From assembly GCA_963805855.1 (NCBI GenBank), contig CAWDVW010000006.1, positions 192,001-256,000 on the forward strand: DNA of 64,000 nt, in the 5' to 3' direction. This DNA comes from Candidatus Dadabacteria bacterium. Lineage in GTDB: Bacteria > Desulfobacterota_D > UBA1144 > Nemesobacterales > CSP1-2. The position numbers and the translations under genes were made by a program. The number at the start of each line of letters is the position of its first letter. The first letter of the stretch is position 1. The notes beneath the pieces are model-generated. The model saw nothing but the letters and a program-made list of their open reading frames with translations. It did not search any database and had not been told where the DNA came from. Shown here one piece after another: positions 1 through 9,676 of this stretch.

Positions 1-69
1 TTATTCCTTCTCGTCATAAAATATTCTCAAAGATTCAATCTCTTATCAAAATTCAGTTGTATTAATGCG

Positions 70-1530
70 CTAATTTGAATGTCTTATCTTGCTTAAAAGT
101 GTGGAAGTCGAAATGCCTGTGAGTTGTTCTATAAATTTGACCTTCCCCCCATAACCTTCAACGAATTCACTTCCAATGACCTTTTTATGTTTGTAATCGC
201 TACCCTTGACCAGTATGTCTGGTTTTATCATTTTAATTAATTCAAGCGGAGTATCTTCAGCGAAAACAACGACAAAGTTTACACATTCCAGCTCTGCAAT
301 CATTCGTGCTCTATCTAACGCGGGTATATATGGTCTTTGCTCTCCTTTGATCCTTTTAACCGAATCGTCATCGTTGACTCCGACTATTAATATGTCTCCA
401 AAATTTTTAGCTTCATTCAGCAGGTGTAAATGTCCTTTATGAAAAAGGTCAAAGCAACCATTAGTGAACGTAATTTTCTTTTTTTCTTTTCTTAACTGGG
501 ATAACAATTCAAGTAGAAAGTTTCGCGAAACTATTTTTTCGAGTTTTAGATTTCTATTATTGACAAAGGCGTTGAGTAGATCTCTTTGTGTGACGCTAAC
601 TGTTCCAACCCTTCCAACCACCACGCCTGCGGCTGCATTCGCTATTCTCACCGATTCTTCCCATGACTTTGATGACAGGTACGACAGTGTGAGAACACTA
701 ACAACCGTGTCGCCTGCCCCCGTAACATCGAAGATCTCTCTTGCATTAGAGTGCACAGTGTTTATGTTTTCTCCCCTTACACAGTAACTTATTCCCTCCT
801 TGCCTCGAGTTATTATGATATTGTCAATGCCCGTTATTTTAATCAACTTTTTCATGGCTTTTTTTATTGTCGCTTCACCTACAATATTAAAACCGCAAAC
901 CTCTTCCGCTTCCGTCTGATTTGGTGTTATCATGCTTGCACCTTTATATTTCGTAAAATCTCTCCCCTTGGGATCCACAGCAACAAATATGTTTTTTACC
1001 TTGGGATGTTTTATGATTTCTTTACATAATTCTCTTGTCATTAGGCCCTTGGCATAGTCTGAGATTATAATTCCGTCTGGCTTAAATTTGTTGATGGAAT
1101 CTATGTAGGATCTTACTATCTTCTTTCTTGTTATGATAGAAATAGGATTAATCTGTTCATGGTCTATTCTCAAAATCTGCTGGTTTCGAGAGATAATCCT
1201 GGTTTTCGTTGTTGTAATTCTTTCGGGGTCGGTGATTATGTCATCGGAATCTATTTCAGTTTGCTTTAGAAGTTCTGATAATTTATTGCTGTCATCATCA
1301 TTGCCTGTTACTCCGAAGATTTTCACACATGCGCCAAGGCTCATCAAATTAACGGCAACGTTCCCTGCACCGCCGATTGAAATAAGTTCATCTTTTGATT
1401 TTAATACGGGTACCGGCGCTTCGGGGGATATTCGTGAAACACTACCGGCAATAAAGCGATCAAGCATAATATCCCCTATAACGATTATTCTCTGCTTCTC
1501 AAAGTTGCTTATAACTGATAAAGTATCCAT
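70..1530 (-). CDS. hldE: Bifunctional D-glycero-beta-D-manno-heptose-7-phosphate kinase / heptose-1-phosphate adenylyltransferase
   Basis: N-terminal PfkB kinase domain (GDIMLDRF, RISPEAPVPV, DVTGAGDT) fused to a C-terminal cytidylyltransferase-like domain (FTNGCFDLFHKGH, KGSDY). Confidence 0.95.
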   Translation of the reverse strand: MDTLSVISNFEKQRIIVIGDIMLDRFIAGSVSRISPEAPVPVLKSKDELISIGGAGNVAVNLMSLGACVKIFGVTGNDDDSNKLSELLKQTEIDSDDIITDPERITTTKTRIISRNQQILRIDHEQINPISIITRKKIVRSYIDSINKFKPDGIIISDYAKGLMTRELCKEIIKHPKVKNIFVAVDPKGRDFTKYKGASMITPNQTEAEEVCGFNIVGEATIKKAMKKLIKITGIDNIIITRGKEGISYCVRGENINTVHSNAREIFDVTGAGDTVVSVLTLSYLSSKSWEESVRIANAAAGVVVGRVGTVSVTQRDLLNAFVNNRNLKLEKIVSRNFLLELLSQLRKEKKKITFTNGCFDLFHKGHLHLLNEAKNFGDILIVGVNDDDSVKRIKGEQRPYIPALDRARMIAELECVNFVVVFAEDTPLELIKMIKPDILVKGSDYKHKKVIGSEFVEGYGGKVKFIEQLTGISTSTLLSKIRHSN

Positions 1531-1561
1531 GCTACAGGGAATAGCTTTTCATGGAGGAGAA

Positions 1562-1858
1562 TTATTTTTTTTCGGGACCGATATCTTTCACGTATTTCAT
1601 CCTTAGGTTGTAAAGCACATCGTCCAGGAGTTTTTGTTCTTCTCCGTCGAGGTTGCCCACGGTCTTGCTCTTGATTATTTCCAGAATTTCTATTGTATGT
1701 TTCGCTGCGCTCAAATTGACTAATCGTTCTCTGGACTGAGGATCGGGTATGTCACCAAGGTGTATCAGAGCTGAAGCATTTAGTGAGAGGACAAAATTCG
1801 AGAAATCTAATTTCAATGAGCCACTTTCCTTCGATCTTCTTTTGTCTTCATCTCCCAT
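1562..1858 (-). CDS. DUF1844 family protein
   Basis: FSNFVLSL..ALIHLG..PDP...NL..AKHTI..L..KT.GNL..EE..LL...LY.LRM pattern; GGAGG RBS upstream. Confidence 0.85.
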   Translation of the reverse strand: MGDEDKRRSKESGSLKLDFSNFVLSLNASALIHLGDIPDPQSRERLVNLSAAKHTIEILEIIKSKTVGNLDGEEQKLLDDVLYNLRMKYVKDIGPEKK

Positions 1859-1881
1859 GTCGATTGCCTCCCATAATAATT

Positions 1882-2178
1882 TTATTCTCGGATGTTCTTA
1901 TCAATATACTTGAAAAGTTTATATATCACATCATCGGTCTCTGTTTTCATACTAAACATTCGATCGCTTATCTCTAATATTACCTCTATGCCTGCAAAGT
2001 TAACTCCCATTTCTTGGAGATCCTTGGCAAGAAAAAGCTTTCTAATGTCTCTTTCGGTGTAGAACACTTCATTACCTTCTTCCATTGGATATAGCAACTC
2101 AGCTTCTTCAAGCCGTTTAACAAAGCTTGGGGTAACTCCCACTATTTCCAACAATGATCTAAACGAGTAGAGTTTCAT
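1882..2178 (-). CDS. MerR-type HTH protein (HspR/CbpM-like chaperone modulator or regulator)
   Basis: YTERDI..L....[15 protein letters not shown] motif typical of HspR/CbpM; 4-nt overlap with the upstream dnaJ-class gene. Confidence 0.75.
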   Translation of the reverse strand: MKLYSFRSLLEIVGVTPSFVKRLEEAELLYPMEEGNEVFYTERDIRKLFLAKDLQEMGVNFAGIEVILEISDRMFSMKTETDDVIYKLFKYIDKNIRE

Positions 2179-3104
2179 CTCATATATTTTTCTAAATGCG
2201 ATCTCGGGTTGTATGGGTTTGAGTTTCGTAATTCTTCAAATGTGCTTTTTGCCCTCTCGTTGATCGTTTCAGGCATAACTATCTTAAGGACAACGTATTG
2301 GTCGCCTCGCTGTCCGGTCCTTAAATTTGAAACACCCTTCCCCTTGAGCCTTAACTTGGTTCCATTCTGTACATTGGGAGGAACTGTCAGTGTAGCTGAA
2401 CCATCTATTGTCGGGACCGTTATTCGGGCACCAAGCGCTGCCTCGTAAAAGGTTATAGGGAGTTCGATATAAATATCGTCTTTCTTCCTACCGAAAATGG
2501 GGTGGGGTTTGACCTTGATTCTCAGGAAGAGGTCACCACTTGTTCCTCTGCCTTCTTCTCCCTTTCCTTTAACCCTAATTCTTGACCCGTCATCAACACC
2601 GGCAGGAATTTTCACTGACAGTGTCTCTGTAACAACTTTCCCATCCTTGGTCTGTTTAGATATTGTTAAATCTCTGGTGCCACCCTTGATCGCGGCTTCA
2701 AAATCGATTGTAACTTGGTATTCGATGTTACGGCCTCTACTTGGGCCTCTCTCAGTCCATCGAGACCCAAAAATATCACCAAATAGATTCTCGAATCCGC
2801 CTAGATCGCCAATATCGAATTCGAATCCACCGGGAGAACCCTCTGACGGTTGCCACGTAGTTCTTCCTGGCCCCGCCTGAAAATCGGCAGTTCCAAATGT
2901 ATCATAATTTTTCCGCTTTTCCTCATTGGATATTACTTCATTGGCCTCTTGTATTTCCTTAAAGTTTTGTTCTGCGTCTTTATTTCCGGGATTTAAGTCA
3001 GGATGGTATTTTCTCGCAAGCTTACGATAAGCCTTCTTTATTTCTTCTTTTGTAGCGTTTCTAGGAACACCTAAAATACTGTAATAATCCTTCTTTGGAG
3101 GCAT
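2175..3104 (-). CDS. DnaJ-class co-chaperone lacking the zinc finger (CbpA/DnaJ2-like)
   Basis: J domain with HPD (KYHPDLNPG), G/F-rich linker, C-terminal DnaJ_C domain, no CXXCXGXG repeats. Confidence 0.92.
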   Translation of the reverse strand: MPPKKDYYSILGVPRNATKEEIKKAYRKLARKYHPDLNPGNKDAEQNFKEIQEANEVISNEEKRKNYDTFGTADFQAGPGRTTWQPSEGSPGGFEFDIGDLGGFENLFGDIFGSRWTERGPSRGRNIEYQVTIDFEAAIKGGTRDLTISKQTKDGKVVTETLSVKIPAGVDDGSRIRVKGKGEEGRGTSGDLFLRIKVKPHPIFGRKKDDIYIELPITFYEAALGARITVPTIDGSATLTVPPNVQNGTKLRLKGKGVSNLRTGQRGDQYVVLKIVMPETINERAKSTFEELRNSNPYNPRSHLEKYMR

Positions 3105-3121
3105 ATGTATTTAGTACAATA

Positions 3122-3161
3122 AAAGCTACCCTGCCGACTCATCTTCCAGCAGGGTAGCTTT
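3122..3161 (-). terminator. Hairpin between hsp20 and dnaJ (intrinsic terminator or mRNA stabiliser)
   Basis: Perfect 13-bp inverted repeat AAAGCTACCCTGC / GCAGGGTAGCTTT, ending in a short T run on the minus strand just after the hsp20 stop. Confidence 0.65.
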
Positions 3162-3168
3162 AAAGGAA

Positions 3169-3621
3169 CTAGTTAACGTCAACTGCTATTCTCTTAGGCT
3201 TTGCCTCTTCTTTTTTTGGAAGAGTTAGATCCAGAATCCCATCTCTAAATGTTGCCTTTATCTTTGTAGAATCGACATTCTGGGGAAGACTAAAGCTTCT
3301 GACGAATTTTCCGTAGGTACGCTCGACCCTTATATATTTATCCCTTGGTACCTTTTCTTCAAACTTCTTTTCGCCCTTAATGGTGAGGGTGTTGTCTTCT
3401 ATACCAATCTCAATATCATCTTTATTGAGACCGGGAAGATCGGCACTCACGACAAAGGAGTCGTCGGTTTCATGGATATCAACTGGAGGAGACCATGCAC
3501 CTGTTGCTAATTCCTCATCACCCGTGGGAACTGATCTCATCTTATCATCAAACATTTTGTTTATTCTCTCTTGGAGAGATCCAAAATCTCTCCATGGATC
3601 CCATACTCTTAGTCTAACCAT
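3169..3621 (-). CDS. Small heat shock protein, Hsp20/alpha-crystallin family
   Basis: WSPPVDIHET, ADLPGL, ERTYGKFVRSFSLP, DGILDLTLPK; GGAGG RBS. Confidence 0.95.
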   Translation of the reverse strand: MVRLRVWDPWRDFGSLQERINKMFDDKMRSVPTGDEELATGAWSPPVDIHETDDSFVVSADLPGLNKDDIEIGIEDNTLTIKGEKKFEEKVPRDKYIRVERTYGKFVRSFSLPQNVDSTKIKATFRDGILDLTLPKKEEAKPKRIAVDVN

Positions 3622-3655
3622 CTTAATTACCTCCCTGTATAGAATTTTCTAACAT

Positions 3656-3691
3656 TTCTAAGATAATCATAGTCTCTCATGAATCAAGGAA
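3656..3691 (-). promoter_or_regulatory. Putative promoter/operator of the hsp20 operon; motif shared with clpB upstream region
   Basis: Minus strand TTCCTTGATT-N16-TATCTTAGAA; nearly the same motif at 17642-17677. Confidence 0.6.
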
Positions 3692-3746
3692 ATAATTGTA
3701 AAAAAATATGAAAAGTCAGGGGATATAACTGATTGGAAACTCTGCG

Positions 3747-4808
3747 TTAGTTTAATTTTTCGATCTGTTGTAAGACCTTTTCGGCTATCTCTGAAAAGGC
3801 CCGTGAAGCTGGACTTTCGGGATGTGAGATAGCGATTGGTTTCCCCTCGTCGCCACCTTTTCGAATCTCAGGATCAATTGGTATTTCCCCAAGAAAGGGC
3901 ACATCGAATTCGTCAGCCATTCGTCTTCCACCACCTCTCCCGAAGATATCAATTGTCATATTAGTTTCTGGAACTTCAAGATAGCTCATGTTTTCAACTA
4001 TGCCCAGCACAGGCACATTTAGCTTCCTGAACATATGGACTCCACGCCTTACATCAATGAGCGCAACATCCTGGGGTGTTGTGACGATTAAACCGCCACT
4101 TAGGGGCACGGTCTGGACGAGGGATAATTGTGCATCCCCCGTGCCTGGAGGCAAATCGACCACGAGGTAATCCGTTCCCCTCCAATCAACATCTTCAATG
4201 AATTGCTTTACCGCACCATGAACCATAGGACCTCTCCATATTACTGTCTCGTCCTGGTCTATAAGAAACCCTATTGACATGAGTTTCAATCCATACTTGT
4301 CAAGTGGTATGATCTTCTGTTCAGGAGTAGCTATTGGCTTTTCATTAATACCCATCATAATCGGAATACTAGGACCCCAGATGTCAGCGTCCATAAGCCC
4401 GACATTGTTTCTCAACCTCGCCATACAAATGGCGAGATTCACCGCTACCGTAGACTTACCTACACCTCCTTTGCCACTTGCTACCGCTATGTAATATTTA
4501 ACGTCTGGAAGCTTTGACTCTTCTGGTTTCTTTTTTTGTGTCTGCCCAGGAGAGGCGTGTGTTTCTCTCGTTCCTATGTTGACGCTCACCTCGGAAACAC
4601 CCGGCGATTCTAAAAGGGTCTTTCTCACTGATTCCTTGATTTGAGACTCCAGTTTATCATCATGCTTGGGGAGTAGAATATCTACATTTACCATCGAGCC
4701 TTTTATCTCTATCTCTTTTACCAGCCCGAACGAAACTATATCTCTGGTAAATCCTGGGTACTTTACATTTTTGAGGATGTTTCTTATCTCTTCAGGACTC
4801 AATTCCAT
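3747..4808 (-). CDS. apbC: Mrp/ApbC (NBP35 family) Fe-S cluster carrier ATPase with N-terminal DUF59 domain
   Basis: VASGKGGVGKST, DADIWGPS, WRGPM, DLPPGTGD, VENMS motifs. Confidence 0.92.
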   Translation of the reverse strand: MELSPEEIRNILKNVKYPGFTRDIVSFGLVKEIEIKGSMVNVDILLPKHDDKLESQIKESVRKTLLESPGVSEVSVNIGTRETHASPGQTQKKKPEESKLPDVKYYIAVASGKGGVGKSTVAVNLAICMARLRNNVGLMDADIWGPSIPIMMGINEKPIATPEQKIIPLDKYGLKLMSIGFLIDQDETVIWRGPMVHGAVKQFIEDVDWRGTDYLVVDLPPGTGDAQLSLVQTVPLSGGLIVTTPQDVALIDVRRGVHMFRKLNVPVLGIVENMSYLEVPETNMTIDIFGRGGGRRMADEFDVPFLGEIPIDPEIRKGGDEGKPIAISHPESPASRAFSEIAEKVLQQIEKLN

Positions 4809-4825
4809 TTCTTAGTGTTTTCCTC

Positions 4826-5230
4826 TCATGCTATACCTAGTCGCTGTTTCGCTTCATCACTCATCATATCTGGATTCCATGGCGGATCCCAAACTATATC
4901 TATAAAAACGTTCTTAGCTCCTATCGGCTTTATCGCCATCTCAGCCTGCTTGGCGATTGTCGCCCCCATACCGCATCCCGGTGTAGTAAGGCTCATCTTT
5001 ATATTTACATTTCTCCCCGATATGCCAACGTCATAGATAAGTCCTAAATCAACAATGTTTACAGGGAGTTCCGGGTCATATACCGATCTGAGGGCTTCAA
5101 ATACCCTTTCTTCTGTCAGGGGCTCGTCTGTTTCCGTAGACTTTTCAAATTTCGTGAAGGCTACTCCCTTCTCCTCCGATTCTTTGGGCTTTTCGTCCTT
5201 TTTGATATTTATGAATTTTTTCATAGCCAT
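4826..5230 (-). CDS. DUF59/SufT-like Fe-S assembly protein
   Basis: DPELPVNIVDLGLIY, MSLTTPGCGM, VWDPPW motifs. Confidence 0.88.
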   Translation of the reverse strand: MAMKKFINIKKDEKPKESEEKGVAFTKFEKSTETDEPLTEERVFEALRSVYDPELPVNIVDLGLIYDVGISGRNVNIKMSLTTPGCGMGATIAKQAEMAIKPIGAKNVFIDIVWDPPWNPDMMSDEAKQRLGIA

Positions 5231-5372
5231 ATAAATTTACTCCTTAAACCAGGTTTTTAAGAATCTTAATTTAGCGGTAGAATAATATGTTACCTGTTAA
5301 CTTGAATAATATCTAATCGGATTAGAAGACAGTGTATGTTATGGTATTAATGCTTCTCATGACCCTGATTTC

Positions 5373-5401
5373 TTGACAGTTCTCCTTTAATTCAATAATC
5401 T
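5373..5401 (+). promoter_or_regulatory. Sigma70-type promoter for ispG
   Basis: TTGACA-17 nt-TAATCT ending 13 nt before the ATG. Confidence 0.55.
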
Positions 5402-5414
5402 TCTTGGGCGATTT

Positions 5415-6479
5415 ATGCGTAGGACAACAAGGCAGATATCCTTGGGGGCCGTCAAGGTCGGCGGAGGCTCGCCCATTACAGTTCAGTCTATGACTAAGAC
5501 TGATACAAGGGATATCCAGGCAACGGTTGAAGAAATAAAGAGACTCGAATTAGCCGGTTGCGATATGGTAAGGCTTGCCGTACCGGACATGGATGCCGCG
5601 AGAGCCCTTGGTGCGATAAAAAACCAGGTGGCTATTCCCATCATCTCGGACATACATTTTGATTACCGACTTGCGCTTGAAGCGATCGACCAGGGGGTGG
5701 ATGGTATGAGGGTAAATCCTGGGAATATTGGTTCAAGGGCTAAGATTAAGGCTGTCGTTGATGCGGTTAAAGAGAGAAATATACCTATAAGGATAGGGGT
5801 TAATTCCGGTTCTCTCGAAAAGGATATATTGAAGAAATTTGGTAGCCCGAAGGCGGAAGCACTGGCTGAGAGTGCACTGAGACACGTGCAGATACTCGAG
5901 GATATGGACTTCAGGGATATTAAGATCTCAGTAAAATCCACTGACGTTATGAAAATGATTGAGTCATACAGAATTATCGCCGAAAAGACCGATTATCCCT
6001 TACATCTCGGAGTCACGGAGGCAGGAACGATTAAGATGGGTACTATCAAATCCTCAGTAGGGATAGGGACACTCTTAGCAGAGGGAATTGGAGATACAAT
6101 ACGGGTTTCCCTTACAGGTGATCCTGTTGAAGAGGTTTCTGTGGGAATAGATATCCTCAGATCATTGGGTTTAAGGAAAAATGGTGTAGAGATTGTTTCA
6201 TGTCCCGGTTGTGGACGACTTGAAATCGATCTCATGAAACTTGTTAGGGAAGCAGAATTAAGAATCAGCAATATTGATCTCGAGAGACCGGTGAAGGTTG
6301 CTATCCTCGGGTGCGTTGTAAATGGACCCGGTGAGGCATCGGAAGCGGATATTGGAATTGCTGGGGGAAGAGGGAAGGGCATGTTATATAAAGAGGGTCG
6401 ATTGGTACGATCATTTAAAGAAAGCCAACTTGTTGATGAACTGGTTAAAGAGCTGGAAAAATTTGCTTCGCTTAACTAA
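5415..6479 (+). CDS. ispG: 4-hydroxy-3-methylbut-2-en-1-yl diphosphate synthase
   Basis: VQSMTKT, DIHFDY, RVNPGNIG, PLHLGVTEAG, GDTIRVSL, SCPGCGR, GCVVNGPGE. Confidence 0.97.
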   Translation: MRRTTRQISLGAVKVGGGSPITVQSMTKTDTRDIQATVEEIKRLELAGCDMVRLAVPDMDAARALGAIKNQVAIPIISDIHFDYRLALEAIDQGVDGMRVNPGNIGSRAKIKAVVDAVKERNIPIRIGVNSGSLEKDILKKFGSPKAEALAESALRHVQILEDMDFRDIKISVKSTDVMKMIESYRIIAEKTDYPLHLGVTEAGTIKMGTIKSSVGIGTLLAEGIGDTIRVSLTGDPVEEVSVGIDILRSLGLRKNGVEIVSCPGCGRLEIDLMKLVREAELRISNIDLERPVKVAILGCVVNGPGEASEADIGIAGGRGKGMLYKEGRLVRSFKESQLVDELVKELEKFASLN

Positions 6480-6491
6480 TCTTTTTATCGT

Positions 6492-7058
6492 TTAATCCTC
6501 ACCGATAATCTTTTTTTGTTGCATATCCTTCAACTGTTCAATCCTCTTTAAACCTTCCTTAAACCTCTTGAAGTTGTGCACGTAGTGCTCTGCCGATAGC
6601 TTTAGATTTTTAATTTCCTCATCTGTGACCTTTCTTATCACTTTTCCGGGAGTTCCCAATACAAGGGATCCGTCCGGAATCTCTTTTCCTTCTGGAATTA
6701 GGCTATTTGCACCCACAATACAGTTCTCTCCAACCCTCGCGTTATTTAAAATGACCGCGTTTATCCCGACCAAGCTGTTGTCTCCAATACTGCATCCGTG
6801 TAACATCGCTAGGTGGCCTATTGTAACTCCTTGACCGATCTGCATGGGAATGCCTTCGTCGGTATGTACTACGACTCCATCTTGAATATTGGTATTCTCA
6901 CCTATTTCTATTGGTTCATTATCACCCCTTATAACCGCATTAAACCATATGCTAACGTTATTATTTACGATTACTGAGCCAATTACGGTCGCATTTTCTG
7001 CGATAAAATAGTCTTTTGCTTTTATTTCTACCCTTCTTTCACCTAATGAATACATCAT
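6492..7058 (-). CDS. Gamma-carbonic anhydrase family hexapeptide-repeat protein (YrdA/PaaY-like)
   Basis: IRGD, TNIQDG..VH, TIGH..MLHGC, left-handed beta-helix repeats. Confidence 0.9.
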   Translation of the reverse strand: MMYSLGERRVEIKAKDYFIAENATVIGSVIVNNNVSIWFNAVIRGDNEPIEIGENTNIQDGVVVHTDEGIPMQIGQGVTIGHLAMLHGCSIGDNSLVGINAVILNNARVGENCIVGANSLIPEGKEIPDGSLVLGTPGKVIRKVTDEEIKNLKLSAEHYVHNFKRFKEGLKRIEQLKDMQQKKIIGED

Positions 7059-7282
7059 TGTTGACTCCTTCTTCTAGCGAATTTGACCCAAAGAGTAAAT
7101 GATACATCGAGGTGTAATATTACCTACGTACACCCACTACATCCAATAGCAAGGTGCTAATAATTACGAGGGTATTCAGTAGGGGTATTCCATTACACGT
7201 AATTGCGATTCTCAGTAGACCTATGTTGCAAATTTAAGATCTTATTGGATTAGCTGGGACGATCGACTTATAATATTCATCA

Positions 7283-8344
7283 ATGAGTAAATTACATCAA
7301 AACATAAGGGGCCGTGGCTCAGCGGAGAACCCAGCCAATCGTTTTGAGAGAATCGACTATGTACCCTATGAGGAGGAAATATCGCAGGGAATCTCCCCCA
7401 AAACAGAGTATTACAAAGACTCGACTCGATCCATAATCGCTTACAATGATAGTCCGGATGTCGGTTTTAATGCCGGTATCAATCCTTATAGGGGCTGCGA
7501 GCATGGTTGTATTTACTGTTATGCCAGGCCTAGTCATGAGTACTTCGGACTTTCACTTGGCTTAGATTTTGAGACGAAAATTTTTGTTAAAGAAGATGCT
7601 CCACACCTACTGCGTAAGGAATTATCGTCTCCTGACTGGACAGCTCAGGCAATTGCACTGAGTGGTAATACCGATCCATATCAGCCAGCGGAGCGACATT
7701 TTCAATTGACCAGGGAGTGTTTAAGGGTTTTGGCTGAGTTCAGGAATCCTGTGGGAATCGTCACGAAGAATTATCTTGTCACACGCGACATTGATGTTTT
7801 GAAAACGCTTTCTGAATATGATGCAGCACTTGTTGCAGTTTCGTTAACAACTCTAGACCCAAATCTAGCAAGAGCAATGGAGCCTAGAACTTCACACCCC
7901 GAATATCGATTGAAGGCTATTCAAACGCTTTCTGAAAATGGTATCCCGACCATGGTATTGATTGCACCCGTTATTCCAGGTCTCACAGATCATGAAATAC
8001 CGAATATCATTCAAAGAGCGGTAAATGCCGGTGCTGAGCAGGCAGGATACATAATGCTTCGTTTACCATATGGTGTAGGCGAGCTTTTTCAAAATTGGTT
8101 GGAAGCACATTACCCAAATAAAAAAAATAAGGTTCTAAATCGTATCCTTTCGATCCGTGGCGGAAAGCTTAATTCGAATGAATTCTACGAAAGGATGAAG
8201 GGTAATGGTATTTTTGCCGAGCAAATACGAAAAATATTCGAGCTAGCCTGTCGTAAGGCGGGAATCGAAGGGAATAAGTTCGAACTTTCCAAAGAGAATT
8301 TCCGCTGCCCCGGGGCATCAGAGCAATTAAGGCTTTTTGATTAG
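7283..8344 (+). CDS. Radical SAM protein, PA0069/Rv2578c family (SplB-like)
   Basis: INPYRGCEHGCIYCYARP, NTDPYQPAE, N-terminal RGRG..ENP.NRF. Confidence 0.9.
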   Translation: MSKLHQNIRGRGSAENPANRFERIDYVPYEEEISQGISPKTEYYKDSTRSIIAYNDSPDVGFNAGINPYRGCEHGCIYCYARPSHEYFGLSLGLDFETKIFVKEDAPHLLRKELSSPDWTAQAIALSGNTDPYQPAERHFQLTRECLRVLAEFRNPVGIVTKNYLVTRDIDVLKTLSEYDAALVAVSLTTLDPNLARAMEPRTSHPEYRLKAIQTLSENGIPTMVLIAPVIPGLTDHEIPNIIQRAVNAGAEQAGYIMLRLPYGVGELFQNWLEAHYPNKKNKVLNRILSIRGGKLNSNEFYERMKGNGIFAEQIRKIFELACRKAGIEGNKFELSKENFRCPGASEQLRLFD

Positions 8345-8500
8345 TTTTTCGGGTTCCGTCTTTTTACTTAACTCTAAATAGATGTGAATCCTAAGATCAG
8401 GTCTTTCAAACAAAATCAGTTACAAAATGTCATGAATGATAGCACGGTAAACCGATATATCCAAGATATCAACGACGGTCTATGTATCATTCTAGTCGTT

Positions 8501-8980
8501 CTAATCTCCGAATGTGTATTTAATTCCGTGTTCTTCGCACCAATCCTTCGCGATATCTACTAGTGCAGCCTCCTTGTATCTGTACCACTCATCGTGAATT
8601 CCATATTCATGGATGGTATCTTTGAAACGACGAAACGCCCCGCGTCCTTGGATAAGCTCACATAGCTCTTGAGATATACCTATATCAGGATATTCTCTGC
8701 TGAACCTTTCCATGATACTATATTCGTGAATATCAAATGATGTTGGAAGTGGTACAAACCTTCCTAGTTTGTCTTCCAATACCAGGCGTGCCAATGTAAT
8801 CAATTCCCGATGCCATTCCGGATAATGTTCAATCGGTTCGCCATCTTCAACAGCATTGAATTCCTCATCCGAGAGCATTATTACCTCTCCCGTATTAGTG
8901 TCGAGATAGTACTTGTGAATCTCAGATTGGAATCCGAGTGCGTCTACAATATCTTCTAATCTGCAGCGAGTCATGATCAA
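8501..8980 (-). CDS. UPF0158 family protein
   Basis: YLDTNTGEV, DIHEYSIMERF, GRGAFRRFKD, WY.YK...AKDWCE. Confidence 0.85.
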   Translation of the reverse strand: MIMTRCRLEDIVDALGFQSEIHKYYLDTNTGEVIMLSDEEFNAVEDGEPIEHYPEWHRELITLARLVLEDKLGRFVPLPTSFDIHEYSIMERFSREYPDIGISQELCELIQGRGAFRRFKDTIHEYGIHDEWYRYKEAALVDIAKDWCEEHGIKYTFGD

Positions 8981-9016
8981 GTAAGAAAAATCGCATTTAT
9001 TTAAAATTCTGGTTAA

Positions 9017-9493
9017 TTATTCAGAAACAACAAATTCTCTTTCCTGAAGTTTTATGATCAGTGGTTTAAATTTCTCGACCTTCACGCGGTGCTCTCCTGG
9101 TGAATCGTAACTCGCGAATATAAAGGTTGCAATTGGTGTCTCTTCTGATTTAGTTGTATATTCTAGTTGTAGTTGATTTCCAGGAGTGATTTCGCGACCG
9201 ATCACGAATACATTACCTTCAAATTGGTCAATGTATTTGTTTTTTGAGGCAAACCAGTCGCTCGCAGTGGTGGATTCAAGGGTTCGTGCAACTTGATCAT
9301 CATATGCAGATACTATGTCTACAGCAACTGCTGAGCCCATATTTGCATTTCTGTCGCCGTCAATGGTGATCAGTTGAACTTTGCCAGTAGTCTTTTTTGT
9401 TGTGTCATTAGTTTTAGCGGCACAGGTTAAAATCATAATCGTTAAGCTAATAAACATGCAAAAGGATAAATATTTTTTACTTCCGTCAATCAT
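9017..9493 (-). CDS. Exported/lipoprotein resembling type VI secretion lipoprotein TssJ-like family
   Basis: Hydrophobic N-terminus ending LTC; core 'AN.GSAVAVDIV..YD...ASDWF...EITPG...IFASY.SPG.HR' recalls TssJ/VasD-like proteins. Confidence 0.45.
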   Translation of the reverse strand: MIDGSKKYLSFCMFISLTIMILTCAAKTNDTTKKTTGKVQLITIDGDRNANMGSAVAVDIVSAYDDQVARTLESTTASDWFASKNKYIDQFEGNVFVIGREITPGNQLQLEYTTKSEETPIATFIFASYDSPGEHRVKVEKFKPLIIKLQEREFVVSE

Positions 9494-9676
9494 TTTCTTT
9501 CTCCCCCCAAGTTTAAGAATTATAAATTTCGATAAATCCCTAATACAACTTATTGTTATTAAATCATCTTACAATACTTTATATTAATGAAAAGTAGCAA
9601 TTCGATTGGCAACTAATTAATGATATATTGCATTTAACGGTAAAATCGGTAATTTATCCATCCTGAGGCAACTAGC

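Noticed and set aside
3656..3691. Calling the shared heat-shock motif a CIRCE or canonical HAIR operator
   Set aside because: No TTAGCACTC-N9-GAGTGCTAA; only the left half resembles HAIR and the inverted half is missing
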